Positions 57,821-64,000 of a stretch of 64,000 bases of DNA are shown here, piece by piece. How positions within the stretch are numbered: the first letter of the stretch is position 1; each line of letters begins with the position of its first letter. The notes beneath the pieces were generated by a model. It was not told the origin of the DNA and did not search any database. It saw only the letters and a list, made by a program, of their open reading frames with translations. The translations under genes were made by a program, and so were the position numbers. The DNA is from Zancudomyces culisetae HAW-14-8 (lineage: Eukaryota > Fungi > Kickxellomycota): the NCBI GenBank assembly GCA_052426225.1, contig JBNJNM010000015.1:1178001-1242000 (forward strand). The letters are read 5' to 3'.

Positions 57821-60490
57821 ATTCCCCTTACGCGGTCTTCTAATTCTTTTATCCCTAAATACTGGGAGAGTATTCTTTTCATTAGTATATTATATATATA
57901 TAGCTAGATAAATATAAAAAAGATTCAAGTCACGTTAAGCTTTAACCTTGGTTTTATAATTTTCAAGTTTGATAACCCACTAATACTGAGCACAGCAAAT
58001 ATATTTCGACTTGCCTCCCCCATCCTCCATCCCCATCCTTCATTACCCCCTTTCCATTTACTTTATTTTTTCATTTTGTTTTCTTTTCAAATTGAAATCT
58101 GTGCATTTCAGGATTAATAAAAATAATTAACTTCGCGATTTTTCCATGCGTGTGGGAAAAAGCGAGTTGGAAAAAATAAAAACGCTTAGCTTCTATGAGT
58201 TTATTGGCTGGGATAATTAATTATTTTGCAAATATGTAATTAAACAAATTGAACCATGCACAAAGCGCTATAGACCTGAGATTTTGTAATATTTTGAGAA
58301 AAGAGGGGGAGAGATATCTGTCTTCTCAAATCCATGTTAATCCTTTAACAAGTAGCTAATTATCAAGGCTGGGAAAAAACTAAAAGCTTTCCAATTATCG
58401 GGAACATTGTTGCATCATCGAATCAAAATAGAATTCACACACACCAGACTAGCCATCATACTATTCTGAAATTTGTCTTAAACAGTAAGTTCTCCATACC
58501 TTTTTTACCCTGTTCTTTCAATTAGCCCTAAACACTGGACCTTGAGCGTATACCTTGCAGAATTTTAGCTTCAATCACATTGAAAACCCGATAGTTTTTT
58601 GAATTCATCTAACAAAAAAAAATTATGGTTTTCTGTAGGTGTTTATTGGAGGGGGGGGAAGGGTATCAGCACATGTTTTGAAGATAGTAATTACTTGTGT
58701 TTCATGTTTGTGTTACAGCTTAACACGGGGTTTATCGATTTTTGGATACCCACGACCTGCTTTCTGGTCTTGTCTAGCGCATCGACGTTAATGCGACTAC
58801 GAATACAAACAGTATTGTGTTGTGAATGAGCTGGTAATCTTTAAAATCAAGCACAACAGGACGCTTCCCTCTTTTTGCTTAAAATTTAACAGTATTAATA
58901 ATGGTTTAAATTGTAGGTTCCGTTTTGGAGTGAAGAAATTTTTTCAAGATAGGAAATTAATATACCAACCCTGCCACAGTCACAAAACTCCAAAGCCCAC
59001 TTGAAAACATAACTAAAAAGTTGGTCATTGCTGATGGCTTTTCATATTCATACAAGCCTCGTTCAGTTCTAAAGTAATTAATGAGCTAAATCCATTTGCT
59101 TTCAAAGATTAAAAGATTGTAATCCGTATACCTGTATTTATTTCTTCAAAAGCTCTTTGCACTTTCTGTGATTTTCCCCTTGCAGTGATGATGTGCTTCA
59201 AGTGAGTTGCTAACATCCAATGTTCACACGTTTGCTTTGAAATTTACCGGATTATTTTGCCAGTTTTAAACAATACACCATGAAATCAAGTATTTTAAAT
59301 TTTCCCATAGGGGAAGAACAGTTCAAGAGATGCAATTGGGACCAAGTTAAACAAGTTTGTGCAAAAACAAACCTTAAATCCTAAAGTATTGATAACAGCA
59401 TCAAAATGACCATCCCGTCTCATTCCAAGTCTGATTCATGCTTTACAAAAACCTGATTTTTATTGGCTATGGTATTTTTTTTGATTGGCCTGTAACACTA
59501 AGCTCGCCTATTGGAACAGCAAATATGTGATGTCAATAAAAAAATGTGCCTATCAGAGCAATCTAAACTCACCAAGGTAAAAACTATTTGGCTTTTTTTT
59601 GTAATAATAGCTACCAGGACGAAGAATCTACAAAAGAACGGAGTAGGATTGGTTTAATAGATTTGCAGATTCTATTATTTTTAGAGCTTTGAGTAGCACT
59701 TTTTATTCGTTTATCATACAAAATAATATACGATAAAAGCTGCTACTATTATTAATTACCGCTACTATTACATAATAATATTAATTGTTGGCGTATTAAC
59801 AACGTCATCATTTTTGCAAGTGGAAGGTTTACCCAGGTTCACGCCGATTGATAAGTTGTTAGATGCATTTTAATGCAGAGTTTATGTAATTGCCTATTTT
59901 TGTCATTAAACACTGAAAAAAAGTTTTGTGTATGCCTCTCAAAATCCTCAACAATATTAATTATACATTAATAAATTTCTGTATATACTTTTTTCTTTAT
60001 CTTTCACAATTGGGATTAATAAATTTTATTCACCAGCTAAGTAAATCATTAAGCAGGTAATTACTAATCTAGGGAAATTTATATGGGCCATAAACATGCA
60101 TAGCTTGCGAGAAAATAAAATTGCAAACATTTCTCTTCTGCAAAAAAAGAAATAGGTACCTTTCCAATAATTACGGATCAATAAATTCTATGAGTAATTT
60201 GATGAAACAGTGATATGTTTGACTGGAAAAGGGGAACTCAAAAATGAAACATTAACAAAAAAAATAACCAGAGAAATCAAAGGATCAGTCTTTTTTTGTG
60301 CGCTATTCACTAATTAATTTTGAGATCAAGATAGTTTGACCAAAAAACAGGAATTGGTGGATAGATAGCTGATAAAAAAACAAGAAATAATCAAAACCGA
60401 TGTATATGGGGCATATAGAATAGGGTCAGAATCACATGCTACAATCTACAATCTACAATATCCTTTAGCTTTACAACTGAATCGCACTTT

Positions 60491-60498
60491 TATATAAA
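60491..60498 (+). promoter_or_regulatory. Putative TATA box of the amino-acid permease gene
   Basis: TATATAAA about 135 nt upstream of ATG 60631. Confidence 0.4.
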
Positions 60499-60630
60499 TA
60501 TGCTGGGTACTGGAGGTAGATGTGAACAATTAAAAGCCAACTCAACAACATCCCTTCTTGTATTTTTTAGAGTAAATTTGAATACATTAAACCCTTTAGT
60601 ATAACAAAAGAACAACTTACATATAACACA

Positions 60631-62148
60631 ATGGGAAAAGATGCTTCGATAACAGATAAGGGAGTGGTTATGAAAAGTACAATGAATAGTAACCTGAACC
60701 GAGGGTTGAAGGGTAGACACATGTCTATGATTGCCCTCGGTGGTGCAATTGGTACAGGTCTTTTTATGGGTTCTGCGGGTGGTCTTGCCTCTGCTGGACC
60801 AGCAGGTCTTTTGGTGGCCTATGTGATTACAGGCTCATTGGTGTTCTTCGTGCTATGTGGCTTGGCAGAAATGGCGGCATACATGCCTATTACCGGTTCA
60901 TTTGCGGCATACTGCGAACGCTTTGTTGACCCAGCCCTTGGGTTCGCTATTGGATGGACATACTGGTTCAGTTGGACCGTTGCTGCAGGTGCAGAGTTTG
61001 TTGCTACTGGAATTTTGGTAAGCTACTGGCTTCCTGGTACTCCGCAATACATTTGGGGTATTATCAGTGCGGCGATTGTTTTCGGATTAAACATTTTCCA
61101 CGTCAAAGGTTTTGGTGAAGCAGAATTCTGGTTTGCGCTTATCAAGGTTATTATGATCATCGCCTTCATCATAGTAGGTATTTGTGTTGTGTGTGGATGG
61201 CTCGGAGGTGTAAAGTACGGATTCACGAACTGGAAGATTAACGGTACTCCATTTGTGGACGGTGCGAAGGGTACCATCTTTTCATTTGTATTTGCGATTT
61301 ATTCGTTTTTGGGTTCAGAAACAATTGGACTTACTGCTGGAGAATCGAGGAACCCCAGAAAGGATGTACCAGCCGCTGTGTTCAGTCTCTTTTATAGAAT
61401 TGTACTGTTCTATATCATATCAATCTTCATCATGGGACTTATAATACCATCTAACGATCCCACGCTGAGTACTCTTGGTCTTGCTAATGTTAAGGTTGCA
61501 CCATTCACACAAGTCTTTGTTAAGGCAAAAATCCCTGCCGCAGACCACATAGTCAACGCTGTTGTTTTAACCTCGGTTTTGTCGGCTTGTAACGCAGCCA
61601 TGTATGCAACATCAAGAATGATCTATTCACTATATCACAATAACCAAGCACCAAGATTCCTGGCTATAACATCGAAAAATGGCGTTCCATACATAGCCCT
61701 GATTTTGTCGGTTTTCTTGGGACTCATGTTTGTTCTTTTGGCTGCCCTTGTGGAGAATGCATACTTGTTTTTGGTAAACGTAGGCGGTGTAATCGGAATG
61801 TTTAGTTGGATCGCCACTGCCATAGTCCATATCTTTTTTAGAAGAGCTTATACCTTGCAAGGGTTTGACATAAAAAGTCTTCCCTACAGGGCACCGCTGT
61901 ATCCATTCGGACCATATTTTGCTCTCTTGACTTTGGGTGTTGTACTTGGTGGGCAGATCTATGTCGTTTCCACATCCACACAGAAACCCATAGAAAAGGT
62001 GTCCACTCTTATAGGAATCCCACTGTTTGTTCTTTTGTATGTTGTTTACAAGATTGTCAAGAAGACAAAGATTGTCAAATCTATGGATGTGGACCTTGTT
62101 ACAGATTCAACAAATCTTATTGATTATACCACCGATACGGTGGTGTAG
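60631..62148 (+). CDS. Amino-acid permease (APC superfamily, AAT/YAT), lysine-permease LysP-like
   Basis: LNRGLKGRHMSMIALGGAIGTGLF, GSFAAYCERFVDPALGFAIGWTYW, FGEAEFWFALIKV, GESRNPRKDVP, RIVLFYI, LPYRAPLYPFGPY; 12 TM. Confidence 0.92.
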   Translation: MGKDASITDKGVVMKSTMNSNLNRGLKGRHMSMIALGGAIGTGLFMGSAGGLASAGPAGLLVAYVITGSLVFFVLCGLAEMAAYMPITGSFAAYCERFVDPALGFAIGWTYWFSWTVAAGAEFVATGILVSYWLPGTPQYIWGIISAAIVFGLNIFHVKGFGEAEFWFALIKVIMIIAFIIVGICVVCGWLGGVKYGFTNWKINGTPFVDGAKGTIFSFVFAIYSFLGSETIGLTAGESRNPRKDVPAAVFSLFYRIVLFYIISIFIMGLIIPSNDPTLSTLGLANVKVAPFTQVFVKAKIPAADHIVNAVVLTSVLSACNAAMYATSRMIYSLYHNNQAPRFLAITSKNGVPYIALILSVFLGLMFVLLAALVENAYLFLVNVGGVIGMFSWIATAIVHIFFRRAYTLQGFDIKSLPYRAPLYPFGPYFALLTLGVVLGGQIYVVSTSTQKPIEKVSTLIGIPLFVLLYVVYKIVKKTKIVKSMDVDLVTDSTNLIDYTTDTVV

Positions 62149-62556
62149 CCTGCATCTGATGTTATAATTAGTTTATTTGTTACTTATTTTTGTTATGACT
62201 GGTTGTTATTATTTGCATACTAGTATAATTCACATTATTTTTGCTACTAATAGAATTCACATGATAATTCCTCTCTATAAGTTCAATGACCAAATATGAT
62301 TCAAATATCCGAGAAAGGCAGTTTAGTGTAATAAAATGTCCCAGTTTGTGACTACTCAAACAATTTTGGAGATTTTGAGCAATATTTGCCGTGGTTATAG
62401 TATAATCAATGGTCCAGTTTGCTGGAGAACAGGTATATAGGCGTAAAAGAAATAGGGTAATTGATCTCATTTTAACTTTGAGCGCACTTTTTTTTATTTT
62501 CACAAACACTGAGTTTCAAAAAACAACTCGTCAAAAGAAAAAAAAATAAATCATGT

Positions 62557-64000
62557 TCAAAATTGCAATGATTTTGAAGGGTAAAGGAAAGCTTGGTCAA
62601 TGTGTGCACTCTCATCCAAATATTCGCTAGAATTAATCGGATAAAGTTTACTCAGGTCCAGTTTTGTATCACTTGTATTCATGCCACTATTTGTATTACA
62701 CACACCCTCGTTGAATATATCATGCTCTTGATTGCTGAGGTTTTCAAGCATTGCAACCTCTGGGAAGTTAATCGCACTTCTCTTTGATCTGTGGTTCTGA
62801 ATTGCATTGTTTCCATCATACAAATTGTCATAATCTGATGGAAGCGAAGTAGGTAATACATTTAACGAATGGGAGGGGTTATTTATCCTGGCAAGATCTT
62901 GTACATGTTTAAATGTTGTACCTAATGGAAAACCATGCATTTGGGGGGCTGGTATGTTCCTATAATGACTTTCAGATGGATAAAGTCTGGTATATGCCAC
63001 ATTCTGGTTTTCATAAGGAAGCGATTGGTTACTTTTCATACCCTGATCCTCAGAAAAAATTAGCCCCAAGTCATTATACATGATTTTGGGTTGAAGGTGT
63101 GGTTGAAGCAGTGGCTGAAGCTGCGCTTGTGGTTGTGCTTGTGGTTGAAATTGGAGTTGAGGCTGAGACTGTGGTTGGATTTGGGATTGGTGTTGGGGTT
63201 GGAGCAGTGGCTGGAGCTGCATTTGTAGTTGTGTTTGTGGTTGTGGTTCCATAATACTTGTGATGGATGGAATGGTATTTGTGTATGCGAGAGTCTGCAT
63301 ATTATCTGGGGATACAACTGGTCGATTTCCGTAAAGATAAGCATTACTAATATCTCTAAGTATTCTATCGTCTCTGTGGTCAGAATTTACTAAATTTGTG
63401 ACTGTCCTTGGCATTTCCACTTTCTTTTTTTCATCTTTGTACGCTGTAGACAGACTTCTTTCAAGAATTTTTAGCAGTTTTTTAGGATTGTTATGAACCC
63501 TACTGTGTCTCCTTAGATTGCTAAGAACAGAAAATCTTTTTTTACATCCCGGATAATCACAGGGAAATGGTCTTTCACCAGTATGAACGTAGGTGTGGGT
63601 TTTTAGCGATGAAGGGCGTGAAAACCTTTTAGTGCAATATGTACATTTATACTTTTTAGTTGAATCTTCTTTCAAGGAAAAAAAGTCTGTATAGTCAACA
63701 GTATTTTGTAAAATTTCCATCGAGCTTTTGCATCCCAGCAACTCGACTTCAGCGCTGCTATTATGTACATCCTTGTTATTCGTGCTGTTCATTTCAAACA
63801 TGCTTTCATTTATGCTTGATTGATCCTTAGATACATTGTTGATGGTCGCAGAGGTTTTGTCGTTGTGTTCTTCTTGTGAGTTCATTTTGGTACTAGTTTT
63901 GTTTTCATTATTTGTGCTATCATGTACATTCTTGAGGAGCATCATTCCATCTGTGGTATTAGAATTCCTTTGAAACGTACTTGTATTTTGTGTTATACTA
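62557..64000 (-). CDS. C2H2 zinc-finger transcription factor (two fingers, Gln/Pro-rich activation-like region); probably 5'-truncated by the window
   Basis: YKCTYCTKRFSRPSSLKTHTYVHTGERPFPCDYPGCKKRFSVLSNLRRHSRVH. The frame stays open from the ATG at 63945 to the window edge, so the real start may lie outside. Confidence 0.9.
   Translation of the reverse strand, partial: SITQNTSTFQRNSNTTDGMMLLKNVHDSTNNENKTSTKMNSQEEHNDKTSATINNVSKDQSSINESMFEMNSTNNKDVHNSSAEVELLGCKSSMEILQNTVDYTDFFSLKEDSTKKYKCTYCTKRFSRPSSLKTHTYVHTGERPFPCDYPGCKKRFSVLSNLRRHSRVHNNPKKLLKILERSLSTAYKDEKKKVEMPRTVTNLVNSDHRDDRILRDISNAYLYGNRPVVSPDNMQTLAYTNTIPSITSIMEPQPQTQLQMQLQPLLQPQHQSQIQPQSQPQLQFQPQAQPQAQLQPLLQPHLQPKIMYNDLGLIFSEDQGMKSNQSLPYENQNVAYTRLYPSESHYRNIPAPQMHGFPLGTTFKHVQDLARINNPSHSLNVLPTSLPSDYDNLYDGNNAIQNHRSKRSAINFPEVAMLENLSNQEHDIFNEGVCNTNSGMNTSDTKLDLSKLYPINSSEYLDESAHIDQAFLYPSKSLQF

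Noticed and set aside
59180-59440. Possible C/D snoRNA (TGATGA ... CTGA)
   Set aside because: Box words are common in AT-rich DNA; no terminal stem or recognisable rRNA guide identified.
1-64000. Selenoprotein (in-frame TGA plus SECIS), considered because some early-diverging fungi use selenocysteine
   Set aside because: None of the reconstructed genes needs TGA readthrough and I saw no CxxU-type frame; a SECIS cannot be called by eye.

Overview
Gene-dense eukaryotic (fungal) chromosomal segment with AT-rich spacers and short GT-AG introns (about 60-210 nt, some with CTAAC/TACTAAC branch sites). Gene content and style suggest an early-diverging fungus, possibly Kickxellomycotina/Harpellales (inference only). 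I reconstruct 22 protein-coding loci and one tRNA-Gln(CTG). Identifiable genes: dynactin p150 (runs off the left edge), PGS1, SFT2, MAK11-like WD40, OPA3, ATP3, mitochondrial EF-Ts, PFA4-type DHHC palmitoyltransferase, MCT-type MFS transporter, ADE8, cytochrome-b5-reductase/Cyc2-like flavoprotein, Tpr/Mlp1, Kin1 kinase, Eme1/Mms4, a 2Fe-2S ferredoxin, a LysP-like amino-acid permease and a C2H2 transcription factor (probably runs off the right edge). Less characterised: a 2105-aa protein with two BTB-like segments, a small membrane protein, an F-box-like/ankyrin protein, a small secreted Cys-rich protein and a 3-exon orphan. Three genes (p150, OPA3, ferredoxin) are missing from the ORF track and were read directly from the sequence. 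The most striking anomaly is ATP3: it is otherwise intact but has two small frameshifting insertions (4 nt and a 5-nt tandem duplication) within about 100 bp, removing the conserved C-terminal rotor helix. No transposon, CRISPR array, rRNA or clear multi-gene novel system was found.
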